Of a DNA stretch of 64,000 nucleotides, positions 28,958 through 38,487 are shown in pieces. Source of the DNA: Polystyrenella longa (GTDB lineage Bacteria > Planctomycetota > Planctomycetia > Planctomycetales > Planctomycetaceae). The translations under genes were made by a program, and so were the position numbers. Below the pieces are notes generated by a model, which saw only the letters and a list, made by a program, of their open reading frames with translations, was not told where the DNA came from and ran no database searches. The stretch's first letter is position 1, and the number at the start of each line of letters is the position of its first letter. Location: positions 159,211-223,210 of the forward strand of contig NZ_CP036281.1 of assembly GCF_007750395.1 (NCBI RefSeq), written 5' to 3'.

Positions 28958-30220
28958 CTATTTTTGCTTGTCCAGATCGAGAAAGATAATGCTTGAAGGG
29001 TTCCCCACAGGGGCGAAGTGGCCGGTGAAGTTCAGCTTGCCGGTCGACTTGTCGACGTTGAAGATGGCGACATTGTCGGCGCGCTGGTTGAGCGAGTAGA
29101 GAAAATTGCCGGTGGGGTCGAAGTTGAAACTGCGAGGATAGTCGCCCCGGGTCCATTCTTCGCCGACGTAGCTCAGCATACCCTCGTCGCCGACTTTGAA
29201 GATGCCGATGCTGTCGTAAAGACGATTACCACAGTAAACGTATTGGCCATCGTGTGAGAGCAAAATCTCTGAGCAGAAGTTGCTCCCCGCGAAACCGGGA
29301 GGAAGCGTGGGTAAAGTCTGGCGCGCAGTCAGGTGACCGTTCTCGGGATTCCATTCAAAGAAAACGACAGTCGAACCTTCTTCCTGAATCGAATAGAGCC
29401 ATTTGCCGTTGGGATGGAAATGAATGTGCCGGGGGCCGTCACCAGGGGGAAGGGTGACAAAGGGTTGGTCGTTGGGAACCAATTCCGCCCTTGCCATATC
29501 GAACTTCCAGATGTAGATGCGATCCTGAGCAAGGTCGACATGTAATACGAAGTTCCCCGTGGGGTCTGGAAGAATCTGGTGTGCGTGAGTGCGGTCGTGG
29601 CCACTGATGGCGAAGCTACCGGGAGGAGCATTTGTTGCCTTGGTCGGTCCGATGTGGCCTTCGTCCACTTTCACATCAGTTGCTTCTCCAAGAGAACCGT
29701 CGGGTTGAACTGGCAGGACGGCCACCGAGCCACCGAAATAATTGGCAACCAACACGAAGCGTCCTGAAGGATGCATGACGACATACGTCGGACCGGCACC
29801 ACCGGAGGGAACACTGTTGAGTAATTTTAATTGACCCGTCGTTTGATCGACTTCGAAAGCACTGACCGTTCCTTCTTTTGTTCCTTGGTAGCGATCCGTT
29901 TCGTTGGCGGAGTACAACCGGGTGCCCTCTTCGTTCAAGACGACGCAACTGGGACTGGTGCCCATGCGGACTTCGCCTGCGGCGGTCAGTTCGCCCGTCT
30001 GGCGATTCACTTCAAAGAGATGAATGCCACGACCATTTCCCGGTGGCAGGTCGACCTGCGTTTTGAGGACATCTTTCAACGGCGAGCTGAACGTACCGAC
30101 ATAAGCCATCAGCGGCTTCTCGGATTCGGCGGCGGAAGTGGGACAGCAGATGGCCATCATTAACATGAGGGCGGCAAGGGGGAGGGTACTGTTCAAGCGG
30201 AGGGCGGGTATGCGGATCAT
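28958..30220 (-). CDS. pgl: 6-phosphogluconolactonase-like 7-bladed beta-propeller lactonase (Lactonase/3-carboxymuconate cyclase family), secreted
   Basis: Signal peptide MIRIPALRLNSTLPLAALMLMMAICCPTSAAE. Repeated blade motifs 'HPSGRFVLVANYFGGSVAV', 'DPTGNFVLHVDLAQDRIYIW', 'HPNGKWLYSIQEEGSTVVFF', 'DPTGNFLYSLNQRADNVAIF'. Confidence 0.75.
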   Translation of the reverse strand: MIRIPALRLNSTLPLAALMLMMAICCPTSAAESEKPLMAYVGTFSSPLKDVLKTQVDLPPGNGRGIHLFEVNRQTGELTAAGEVRMGTSPSCVVLNEEGTRLYSANETDRYQGTKEGTVSAFEVDQTTGQLKLLNSVPSGGAGPTYVVMHPSGRFVLVANYFGGSVAVLPVQPDGSLGEATDVKVDEGHIGPTKATNAPPGSFAISGHDRTHAHQILPDPTGNFVLHVDLAQDRIYIWKFDMARAELVPNDQPFVTLPPGDGPRHIHFHPNGKWLYSIQEEGSTVVFFEWNPENGHLTARQTLPTLPPGFAGSNFCSEILLSHDGQYVYCGNRLYDSIGIFKVGDEGMLSYVGEEWTRGDYPRSFNFDPTGNFLYSLNQRADNVAIFNVDKSTGKLNFTGHFAPVGNPSSIIFLDLDKQK

Positions 30221-30516
30221 CGGGTGGGTCTATCAAATTGAGTAGGAAGAAGGAATGGTCTTTGGTCACCGTTCCAGACTAGCAGATGAGACGGCCCATT
30301 GACCAATGCTGTTCTGGACTAAGTGGGTATGTTTTTCCGCAATTCAAATCAATCCAGTATTTGGACGTGAACCTTTAGTCACACCGCCGGTCTCTGTGGG
30401 AACAGTTTAGCCTCTTCCAGCGGCGGACCGGGCTTGCAGCCACTTTGTGGTCCTGTATGAGAACCGGTTTCCGTTCCGGACATGGTATCTAAGGGAGGTT
30501 GAACAACAGCGTAGCT

Positions 30517-30592
30517 GTTCGGTTAGTTCAGTGGATAGAACAACAGTTTTAGGAACTGTATGCCATGGGTTCGAATCCCATACCAAACTCCA
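30517..30592 (+). tRNA. tRNA with anticodon UAG (reads CUA/CUG, nominally Leu) but class-I body with 5-nt variable loop; CCA encoded
   Basis: Hand fold: acceptor GTTCGGT/ACCAAAC (one C4.A69 mismatch), U8, D-arm GTTC-AGTGGATA-GAAC, anticodon arm ACAGT-TTTAGGA-ACTGT (U33, anticodon TAG, G37), variable ATGCC, T-arm ATGGG-TTCGAAT-CCCAT, discriminator U73, then CCA. Confidence 0.55.
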
Positions 30593-31346
30593 AGGCAGGC
30601 TAATTACCTGTTATGCAGCCGTGAAAAGCTGTTTGAAAGACCGGCGGGTGGCTGTTGGAAATGAGATCGGCTTGGGTCTGAGAAACGAATGAAAGTGTGA
30701 AGAGGATCCCTGCGGGGAAAATCGGAGCGTCTGGAATTGGTGACTTGGACCGAGGCAACATCGGCTGTCGTTTTGCAGGAGGTGGATACCGTTTTGAAAA
30801 CCTGGTTGGAAAACGGTGGGCAACTTCAGGGACGGAACGAGGATTTATCCTCATCCGAAAATGAGGGGACCTGCCGTGGGCTGATCTTCGTTCTCAGGAC
30901 TCAAGCTCTCTTCCACGATGGCAATGTGATCCATTCTGAACAGTCCGCCCTATGGTTTTTAGTATCAGCATTTGCATTGTTCTGTTTACCGCTAAATATC
31001 AGGGTATTGCATCGTGCTTATATGAAACACGATGGGTCTTAGACACCAGGGAAACACAAATAATTGGTTCTGTGATGAAGAGTTCAAAAACGTTTTCTGC
31101 AGCAAATGATTCTGGAACTCAAATGGGATTGGCTATCGTTAAGCCTCGGTGATCGGAAGTCGTTTTGTTAGTTGTCCCGATCTTTGTGTCCTTCGTGACT
31201 TTGTGTTTCAAATATGAATTTGCATGTCACCCGACATTTATCAATTGTCAAAGCAGTAAGTCGGGCACTGCCTGACCTACACCATTAGTAATTTTCTATT
31301 TAAGGAAAATACACCACCATCACCCAACACCCAGAGAAAGGAGGAT

Positions 31347-32651
31347 GTGATGTTAAAGCGTGTGAAGATTAAGAAAGACGAAGTGGGATTGTTGTTCAAA
31401 GATGATTTGTTTGAGCGCATTCTCCCTCCCGGTACGCACTGGGTTTGGACTGCTTTCGGTTCAAATCGTGTGGAGGTTATTTCGACCCGTGAGCAGGAAC
31501 TGAAGCACGAGCAGATCAGGGAGATTGCGAGTGAAGCCGAGTTCGGTGACCTGGCCGTAAAGCTGGAAGTCGATGCGCATAAGAAGGCCTTGGTGTGGAT
31601 CAACGGCAAGCTGGAGCGTGTGCTTGATCAGGGAGTTTACTTGTTCTGGAATCGGCTGAAGAATGTCACGTCGCAGATTCTGGATGAGCGGCAAACGGAT
31701 CTGGTACACCATGATCTGGCGCAGTTGATCAAATCGGGCCTGCTGGATGAGTACATTCAGGTCGTGGACTTGAAGGATCGTCAGCGGGCGCTGGTCTGGT
31801 GTGATGAGCGGCTGTTTGCCGTTCTGAGTGCGGGTCAGTACGCTTTCTGGAGGACTCTGCACGACATCCGTGTGGAAGTCATTGAAACGACTTCGCTCCG
31901 GTTTGCGCACCAGGATCTCGAAGAGATTCTGACGCTGCCCACGGCGAAGGATGAGTTCGATATAGTCGAAGTGGCTCAGGGTTGTGCGGGTGTGCTATAC
32001 CAGAACGGTAAGTACGCCGAGACCTTGAATTCAGGACGATACGTTTTCTGGAAGCGCGTGGACAAGTACCAGCTCTTTCAGGTGGATCTGCGTGAGTCGC
32101 ACCTGGATATCGTCGGGCAGGACATCATGACTGAGGACAAGGTGACCTTGCGAATGAACGCGATCGTGACCTACCAGGTCGTCGATGCAGTCCGGTTTGC
32201 GACTATCTCGGAGAGCAGTGCACAGGCATTGTACCGGGCAGCACAGCTAGTCCTGCGCGAGCTGGTTGGACGAACTGGGCTCGATGATTTTCTAAGTGAT
32301 AAGGAATCGCTGGCGAATCAGTTGGTGGAGCGTTTGCATAAACGAGCGGCCGACTGGGGACTGCGGATTCTGTCTGCCGGTGTTCGGGATATTATCCTGC
32401 CTGGTGAGATGAAAGATCTGTTGAACCGGGTGACCGAGGCGAAGAAGGCGGCGGAAGCCAACCTGATTTCGCGTCGGGAAGAGACGGCGGCGATGCGGTC
32501 GCAGGTCAACACGGCGAAACTGCTGGAGAACAACCCCACGCTGATGCGGTTGCGGGAGCTGGAAACTTTGGAAGCGATTTCGAAGAACACCAACCTGCAA
32601 GTGTTGTTGGGCGAATCGGGGCTGGCGGACAAAGTCGTGAAAATGTTGTGA
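31347..32651 (+). CDS. SPFH/Band-7 (stomatin/prohibitin-like, slipin-type) protein with N-terminal 4x tandem ~60-aa repeat region
   Basis: C-terminal half 'DIMTEDKVTLRMNAIVTYQVVDAVRFATISESSAQALYRAAQLVLRELVGRTGLDDFLSDKESLANQLVERLHKRAADWGLRILSAGVRDIILPGEMKDLLNRVTEAKKAAEANLISRREET' is an SPFH core plus coiled coil. The N-terminal half has four repeats of the pattern 'G.Y.FW..L..V' (LFKDDLFERILPPGTHWVW, VWINGKLERVLDQGVYLFWNRL, VWCDERLFAVLSAGQYAFWRTL, LYQNGKYAETLNSGRYVFWKRV). Confidence 0.8.
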   Translation: MMLKRVKIKKDEVGLLFKDDLFERILPPGTHWVWTAFGSNRVEVISTREQELKHEQIREIASEAEFGDLAVKLEVDAHKKALVWINGKLERVLDQGVYLFWNRLKNVTSQILDERQTDLVHHDLAQLIKSGLLDEYIQVVDLKDRQRALVWCDERLFAVLSAGQYAFWRTLHDIRVEVIETTSLRFAHQDLEEILTLPTAKDEFDIVEVAQGCAGVLYQNGKYAETLNSGRYVFWKRVDKYQLFQVDLRESHLDIVGQDIMTEDKVTLRMNAIVTYQVVDAVRFATISESSAQALYRAAQLVLRELVGRTGLDDFLSDKESLANQLVERLHKRAADWGLRILSAGVRDIILPGEMKDLLNRVTEAKKAAEANLISRREETAAMRSQVNTAKLLENNPTLMRLRELETLEAISKNTNLQVLLGESGLADKVVKML

Positions 32652-32777
32652 TCCGCGCTTTCCGTTTCAACGTTATCCAGTAGGTAAGTTCAGCGATTCA
32701 GGCTGTGAAGCACTTCCTGGAAAACGTGTAATTCTTCCTCAGCTTCACGTTTTCGGGAAGTACAGGCTGAAAAGCCA

Positions 32778-32816
32778 AACGGGGACCGAGTATTAAACTC
32801 AGTCCCCGTTTTTTTT
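32778..32816 (+). terminator. Rho-independent terminator downstream of the SPFH gene
   Basis: AACGGGGACCGAG-TATTAAA-CTCAGTCCCCGTT hairpin followed by TTTTTTTT. Confidence 0.6.
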
Positions 32817-32857
32817 GTGGCTTAAAACGCTGATTCTGTGGTTGAGTCTCAACGACG

Positions 32858-33898
32858 TTAGTCGAAGGAAGCGTCGATTGCTTCCCCGCCATTGTAGCTA
32901 CCGAGAGCACGCCAGATATCGAGAGAGACGTTCTCGCTGATGGCATGGACAGACCCGTCGAGGTAGAGGACGAATACAGCTCCGGTGTGGTAACTGCGGG
33001 CAGTGACCGCGGCGAAGGTTGTTTCGCCTTCACAACCTGCTTTGCCTTCGCGGCAGGAAGTGTAGTCGCCATCGAGAGGATCGCCTGCGTCTCCAGAAGC
33101 CCCTTCAACAGGGGTGGACGAGTTCGGAGTGAATGCCGTTGTGAACCCAGTTTGATGGACTCGTCCATCGACCCATTCAGTATGGCCACTTTCGAGTTTG
33201 AATTGTCCGTTGGTCAATGCGGCAAGGCTGGTCGGCGGTGTTTCGGGAACGGTATCTCCGCTCAATTGTCCATCACGGACATAAGGAGTAAACGCTTTCA
33301 CTTCGCTGAAGGCGATCGTGTTGCTTAAGCCGTCTTTAACTTTGGTGAATTTAATGTTGGCATTAGGATGGAACAGCCCATCTCCACCTTCGCCACCATC
33401 ATCAAAAGTCGCAGCATGTTCAAAGACTTTCCAGCTTCCACCGTTCCACGCGTAATTCAATGGGTAATGATCGCCACCGGCTCGAAGCATCTGGCGTTCT
33501 TCCGAAGGACAGATGAAGACACCCACTCGGTGGGTGGAGAGTATCGTGCCAGAAGTGTAACCACTATCGAGATCGGCTAATTCATAGAAGTTGTCTTCTT
33601 CCATGAAAGGAAGCAGACGGACATGGGCCGACCATTGGCCACCCGTGCCAGCGCCAACGATGTAGCTCGGTGGCAGTACCTGATGCAGGTCGGCGTAGTT
33701 GGTGAGGGCGATGCCAATCTGGTGCAGTTTGTTGCGGCACTGAGTACGGCGAGCGGCCTCGCGTGCCTGCTGCACAGCGGGGAGGAGGAGACCAATCAGG
33801 ATGGAGATAATCGCCATGACCACGAGGAGTTCAATAATCGTGAATCCGGATCGTAAGGATTTATCTTTATTAGGGTTACGACGCAATAACAGGCGCAT
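32858..33898 (-). CDS. DUF1559 family protein with prepilin-type N-terminal cleavage/methylation domain (Planctomycete-expanded pseudopilin-like family)
   Basis: 'RSGFTIIELLVVMAIISILIGLLLPAVQQAREAARRTQCRNKLHQIGIALTNYAD' is the canonical DUF1559 N-terminus. C-terminal 'SYHTGAVFVLYLDGSVHAISENVSLDIWRALG'. Confidence 0.85.
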   Translation of the reverse strand: MRLLLRRNPNKDKSLRSGFTIIELLVVMAIISILIGLLLPAVQQAREAARRTQCRNKLHQIGIALTNYADLHQVLPPSYIVGAGTGGQWSAHVRLLPFMEEDNFYELADLDSGYTSGTILSTHRVGVFICPSEERQMLRAGGDHYPLNYAWNGGSWKVFEHAATFDDGGEGGDGLFHPNANIKFTKVKDGLSNTIAFSEVKAFTPYVRDGQLSGDTVPETPPTSLAALTNGQFKLESGHTEWVDGRVHQTGFTTAFTPNSSTPVEGASGDAGDPLDGDYTSCREGKAGCEGETTFAAVTARSYHTGAVFVLYLDGSVHAISENVSLDIWRALGSYNGGEAIDASFD

Positions 33899-34341
33899 GG
33901 TAACTCTCTTTCTCTTTAGCTGGTGTGGTGAGGTCGCTGGTGGCGAGAAGCAGGGCGATTGGTGGTCGCGGTACCGAAATGTTGTGGTACTGAGACTCAG
34001 TCGCGATACGCCAGCATAAAGAGTTCTTTTATTACCATCAAGCGGGCTGTGGCGACAAAATGGTCAATCGTAGTGAAAAGTTCAACACGACTGAGGAATA
34101 GAATGGGGCAATGAGTAGAGGATTCGGCGCCGAAATCGTTGATGTTAAACAGGTTTTCTCAATTTTGACGTCGAGTTTCGATGTATCGGATGGCGGCGGT
34201 TCCGGTGCGAATAATATCCTTGAGTATGGAGTTTCCTCGCCGGGCAGGGGTAAACTAAATAGAACATGCAGGGTAAGTGGGCGGTTTCTCCTCGCTTCGT
34301 TCCCCGTTCGATTCTGGACCTTCTGTTTGATGGGCGACAAT

Positions 34342-35139
34342 ATGATTCATTCCACTGCTAACTTTCGACCCCACTTTGTTATGAGTTTCGGGGCGGTTTT
34401 CTCGCTCTTCCTGTTACAGGCTGGAACGCCGCCGGTATATGGGGACGATAAAGCGAAAACAGATTCTCTGCCCGAGTACACGATCAAGCGAACGACGGCT
34501 CCGATCAAAATCGACGGCAAGCTGGACGAGTCAGATTGGTCCGCGGCGGAATCGGTTGGGGATTTTGAGTTCGCCTGGTACGAGTCCGGAAAGAAAGAGC
34601 AGACGATCGCCAAAATGTTGTGGGACGATCAATACCTGTACGTCGCCTATCGCTGTGAAGATGCCCATATCTCGGCGACGCGAACAGAGCGGGGCAGCTC
34701 GGTCTGGTTCGACGACTGCGTGGAAGTCTTTACGGCACCCAATGTGGATGACGGAGAGAATTACTTTAACATCGAGATGAACGTGAACACGGCGTTTCTG
34801 GAAGGGCACCATCCCGAAGGTTTAGGCTCCAAGTCGAAAGAACGCTGGCGGTGTGAGGGGATTCAAATCCAGACGACCGTCGACGGTACATTAAACGACG
34901 ATACCGATACTGACTCTCATTGGATCCTGGAAGCGGCGATTCCGTTCGCTGCTTTTGCTCATGTGGCAAAGCATACGCCGCCTGAACCGGGCGATATCTG
35001 GCGACTCAATTTAAACCGTCTGGGTGGAGAGACGAACCAGCAGTACAGCCAGTGGTCTCCCAGTACGACGAAGGAACCGCAGTTTCATTCGCCCGGTGAT
35101 TTCGGACGCGTTCACTATTCAGCAGATGAGGTTCGCTAA
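34342..35139 (+). CDS. Carbohydrate-binding module family 9-like (CBM9/DOMON-like) secreted protein
   Basis: Signal peptide MSFGAVFSLFLLQAGTPPVYG (preferred start ATG 34342 or 34380 rather than track start 34111). 'YTIKRTTAPIKIDGKLDESDWSAAESVGDFEF..KMLWDDQYLYVAYRCED..DDCVEVF' is typical of the CBM9-like family. Confidence 0.65.
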   Translation: MIHSTANFRPHFVMSFGAVFSLFLLQAGTPPVYGDDKAKTDSLPEYTIKRTTAPIKIDGKLDESDWSAAESVGDFEFAWYESGKKEQTIAKMLWDDQYLYVAYRCEDAHISATRTERGSSVWFDDCVEVFTAPNVDDGENYFNIEMNVNTAFLEGHHPEGLGSKSKERWRCEGIQIQTTVDGTLNDDTDTDSHWILEAAIPFAAFAHVAKHTPPEPGDIWRLNLNRLGGETNQQYSQWSPSTTKEPQFHSPGDFGRVHYSADEVR

Positions 35140-35181
35140 CTTCGATGTTGGGGAATTTCAACTTGCAGGATGCAGTCCCAT

Positions 35182-36618
35182 TTATTCCTGTTTGATCATT
35201 GCGGGATCTAATAAGGGGGCCGTCTGCGGCTCGCCCTCTTCCACAATGTTCTCGATGTTGTCAACGGAATTCGCTTTCTCTTTCCAAATCTTCGCTTCAG
35301 CCTGTTGCCCATTTGACTCAAGTTCGGTGGCGTACTTTTCAAAAGCGATGGCAACCTGCTCATCAACACGTCCAGTCAGGGCGTAAGCGTTACTGGCTTC
35401 CGCAAACTGCTCAAGTTCGTAGTGAGCGTCCGCTTTCAAAGAGAGGGCCTCGCGGTTTTCGGGATCGATTCGCAATGCATCCATGCAGTCGATGACGGTC
35501 TGCTCGTAGTTTTCCTTCTTGAAGTAAAACTCGGCCTTGCTGATGAAGGCGGCGACGTTGTGTGGTTCCGCCTTAGTTGCCTGCTCGTAGTTGGTCAGAG
35601 CGAGCTGAGTGTACTCTTCACCCGTCTGAGATTCGAACAGAGCGGCACGGGCGAGATAGTTTTTGGAATTCTGTGGTGACTGCTGAATCTGTCGGTTCAA
35701 CTGGCTGAGTTGCGTCAACCACGCGGTACGTTTTTGATCCTGTTCTGCTTCGGCCTGTTTGTTCTCCATCTTGGAGTAGGTCGTCATACGGTGTTTGAAA
35801 TACTGTGGATTGTTGGGGCTTAATTCGATCGCTTTGCTGAAGTCAGCAATCGCTTTTTCAAAATCACGTTTATGATAATAAACAAGACCGCGATTATTGT
35901 AGATATTTGCCCGGTCTTTCTCAGGACCTTTTTCGAGGACTTCTTCGTAAACCGCGAGCGCCTGGTCGTAATGTTCGCCCTGATAGAAGGTGAATCCTTT
36001 GTTGCTCAGTGCATCATGATAATCGGGATCAAGTTTTAAAGCGGTGTCCAGGTCTTGAACGGCCGCGTCAAACTTCTTCTCCGCGATATGCACCAGGGCC
36101 CGGTTGTTGAACGGGACAGCGTACTGTTCGTCGAGACTGATGGCACGATTAAATTGCGCCTTGGCCAATTGCAGTAGGTTTCGTTTCAAATAGTGGTAGC
36201 CGAGTTGATTTACATACTGGGCATTCGTGGGATTAAGTTGGATCGCCACGGAGTAATCGGCAATGGCCCCGCTGGCTTGTCCGAGGGCATCCAGCAATTT
36301 ACCCCGTTCAAAAAAGGCATTGCTGTTGCCTGGCGCGGACGCAATGGCCAGATTCATTCGTTGTAAACCGTCTCGCAATCGACCTGCTTTGATCTGGACG
36401 AGGGCTTCTTCTACGTGTTGGTTGGAAAGATTAACCGATTCGGCATCACTTCCGCCGAGCGAAAGTAGCCCCGGTTCTGCCCTTTCACTGTTATACTCCG
36501 CGACCTTGTTTGAGGGTGAAGCCGAATCCCGATTGGCTTCGGGAGGAGCGGACGACTCTGAACTGCAACCAATCAGGCTGAATCCCAGAAACAAAATTCC
36601 CCACGTACTTCCCCGCAT
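35182..36618 (-). CDS. TPR-repeat lipoprotein
   Basis: Lipobox 'FLGFSLIGCSS'. Then about 9 TPR units (e.g. 'AFFERGKLLDALGQASGAIADYSVAIQLNPTNA', 'HYDQALAVYEEVLEKGPE', 'FEKAIADFSKAIELSPNNP'). Confidence 0.75.
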   Translation of the reverse strand: MRGSTWGILFLGFSLIGCSSESSAPPEANRDSASPSNKVAEYNSERAEPGLLSLGGSDAESVNLSNQHVEEALVQIKAGRLRDGLQRMNLAIASAPGNSNAFFERGKLLDALGQASGAIADYSVAIQLNPTNAQYVNQLGYHYLKRNLLQLAKAQFNRAISLDEQYAVPFNNRALVHIAEKKFDAAVQDLDTALKLDPDYHDALSNKGFTFYQGEHYDQALAVYEEVLEKGPEKDRANIYNNRGLVYYHKRDFEKAIADFSKAIELSPNNPQYFKHRMTTYSKMENKQAEAEQDQKRTAWLTQLSQLNRQIQQSPQNSKNYLARAALFESQTGEEYTQLALTNYEQATKAEPHNVAAFISKAEFYFKKENYEQTVIDCMDALRIDPENREALSLKADAHYELEQFAEASNAYALTGRVDEQVAIAFEKYATELESNGQQAEAKIWKEKANSVDNIENIVEEGEPQTAPLLDPAMIKQE

Positions 36619-36831
36619 TGTCCCACTCCATTTACAATGATGTCAGCCGAGGCATTCGGCTGAACGACAGTGAATCCATTCCAGTCGTTGAAAATCGACA
36701 TCCGGCGTTTACACCCGATTTCGTCGATATTGTTGTGGCTTGTAAAATTCTCAGCCGATTGAGTCAAGACAACTTTGTTTTCCCGTGAGGGCCAGGTTTC
36801 CTGGATTACCTATAGTGAAAGGGTGGAGGCA

Positions 36832-37437
36832 ATGTTGGCTGGAATCATCCTTGCAGGCGGCCAAAGCAAAAGGATGGGAAAGGAAAAAGCGTGGCTCCCC
36901 TTCGGGCCACCGCCCGGCACGATGTTGACCGAAGTCGTGGGAGTCGTTTTAGAGGTATGCGATCCTGTGGTCGTGGTTGCTGCCCCAGACCAGTCGCTGC
37001 CGGAACTGCCCGCTTCAATTCAAATCGTGCGAGACCCCGTACCAGAACAGGGCCCCCTTGCTGCTTTGGTCACCGGACTAAAAGCACTTCCCGAATCGAG
37101 TGCAACTGTCTTCGTCTGTAGTTGTGATATACCGTTGTTACAAGCGAGCTTTATCAGTGGCCTGAAAACTCATCTAAAAGCAGGTGATGACTTTGTTGTT
37201 CCCCGCGACAGGCAAGGTCGCCATCCATTGGCGGCCATTTATCGTCGGCTTGTTCTGCCGGACGCGAAACGATTACTAGCAGACGGAAAACGATCGCTGC
37301 AACGGTTACTGGATGAAGTGACAGGGGAAGAGGTCACTGGCGAGCAACTTCAGGAACTTGATCCAAAACAGACGAACCTGCTGAATGTGAATACGCTAGA
37401 AGAGTACGAGCGGGCCGTCAGACTATACCGGAGATAA
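36832..37437 (+). CDS. mobA: Molybdenum cofactor guanylyltransferase MobA
   Basis: 'MLAGIILAGGQSKRMGKEKAWLPF' (LAGG-S-RMG nucleotide-binding motif), 'VVVAAPD', 'RDPVPEQGPLAALVTGLK', 'DIPLL'. Internal ATG at 36832 chosen over track start 36775. Confidence 0.8.
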   Translation: MLAGIILAGGQSKRMGKEKAWLPFGPPPGTMLTEVVGVVLEVCDPVVVVAAPDQSLPELPASIQIVRDPVPEQGPLAALVTGLKALPESSATVFVCSCDIPLLQASFISGLKTHLKAGDDFVVPRDRQGRHPLAAIYRRLVLPDAKRLLADGKRSLQRLLDEVTGEEVTGEQLQELDPKQTNLLNVNTLEEYERAVRLYRR

Positions 37438-37438
37438 A

Positions 37439-37493
37439 GGGTGGCCCGGACAATCTCATAGAGTTGCCCGGGTTGCGAAGCAAGACTAACGCG
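37439..37493 (+). repeat. REP-like palindromic repeat, copy 3 (same orientation as copy 1), 1 nt after the mobA stop
   Basis: GGGTGGCCCGGACAATCTCATAGAGTTGCCCGGGTTGCGAAGCAAGACTAACGCG. Shares GGGTGGC-C-GACAATC-CATAG-GTTG-C-GGGTTGCG-AGCAA-ACT with copy 1. Substitutions keep the central hairpin (compensatory-like). Confidence 0.7.
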
Positions 37494-37582
37494 AGGAACT
37501 GAATTGAGTTTTAACCGCTAGCTGAGGGTGAATGGAAGGCTCACATTCTTTCCACGCATGACGGCGAATTCTAAAGCGTTCT

Positions 37583-38095
37583 TTAGTCACCGAAGTATGC
37601 AGGGTTATATTCTACTTCACCGTTAGGCGTTCCTTCTTTAAAGGAGATCGTCATGAAGTACTCCTGTGGAAATCCCGGCACTTGCAACATCGTTGAATGC
37701 GAGAAACCAAAACGGCGATAGTATTCCGGGTCGCCCAGCAAGACACATCCCTTCGCCTGAAGTTCTGATTGAAGTGTTGCCAGTCCCACTCGAATCAATT
37801 CAGATCCAACACCTTTCCGTTGATAAGCGGGCGATACAGCGACCGGCCCGAGACCGTACCAATCACAAAGTTCGTCGTTGATTTTGACTGGCGAGAACGC
37901 GATATGCCCGATCAACTGGTGCTCGCGTTCCGCGACGAGTGACAAACTGAGCGAGTTGCTCTCCCGCAGTCGTTGCACAATCAGGTGTTCTGTCTGGTCA
38001 CTATGCGGGTGGTCGCGGAAGGCGCCTTCTATGAGAGAGCTGATAAATGCTTCGTCGCCCGGTTGCTCGCGGCGGATCGTGAACATGTTCGTCAT
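37583..38095 (-). CDS. GNAT family N-acetyltransferase
   Basis: Preferred start MTNMFTIRREQPGDE (internal ATG at 38095; track ORF extends to GTG 38329 through non-GNAT sequence). Core 'LIGHIAFSPVKINDELCDWYGLGPVAVSPAYQRKGVGSELIRVGLATL'. Confidence 0.7.
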   Translation of the reverse strand: MTNMFTIRREQPGDEAFISSLIEGAFRDHPHSDQTEHLIVQRLRESNSLSLSLVAEREHQLIGHIAFSPVKINDELCDWYGLGPVAVSPAYQRKGVGSELIRVGLATLQSELQAKGCVLLGDPEYYRRFGFSHSTMLQVPGFPQEYFMTISFKEGTPNGEVEYNPAYFGD

Positions 38096-38356
38096 CGATT
38101 TCTCTCCACGAAAATCTTGAAAAAGTGTGAACCCTTCTCGCCTGACTGCGTCTAACAGACCAGTAACATAGTTAATGGACCCAAACTTCCAATACAAAAT
38201 CACCGAAGAGATCTTCACTTCACTTAAATAGATCAACTCATGAACCAGCTCCTTCTTACAAACGAACAGAACATCGGACAACTCGCTAATGCAGGCGGGA
38301 ATATGTTGGATGGGAAGGATGCGTACCACTAACGACCACTTTTAGCTGCCTCAATA

Positions 38357-38394
38357 AAAGGCCCGGTGTCGTTCGCGATACCGGGTCTTTTTTC
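38357..38394. terminator. Strong intrinsic-terminator-like hairpin (T-run on plus strand, A-run on the other side; possibly bidirectional) upstream of the tRNA pair
   Basis: AAAAGGCCCGGT-GTCGTTCGCGAT-ACCGGGTC followed by TTTTTT. No plus-strand gene immediately upstream. Confidence 0.45.
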
Positions 38395-38487
38395 GTTCTT
38401 CGGGCAGTCTTCGCTCTGTTGTGACCGGTCATGGAAGACAGAAATAACAAACACAAAATCAATATATTATGAGCGACTTACTAACTC

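Noticed and set aside
30600-31346. Possible integrase or prophage remnant 3' of the UAG-anticodon tRNA
   Set aside because: I looked for tyrosine-recombinase motifs (R..H..R..Y), a direct repeat of the tRNA 3' end, or phage genes in the next 2 kb and saw none. Only short unsupported ORFs are present. The region is kept as context in the tRNA finding, not as a feature.
31461-32632. Minus-strand ORFs (149, 102 and 104 aa) inside the SPFH gene
   Set aside because: They are antisense to a gene with a clear SPFH core and are Arg/Gln-rich shadow ORFs.
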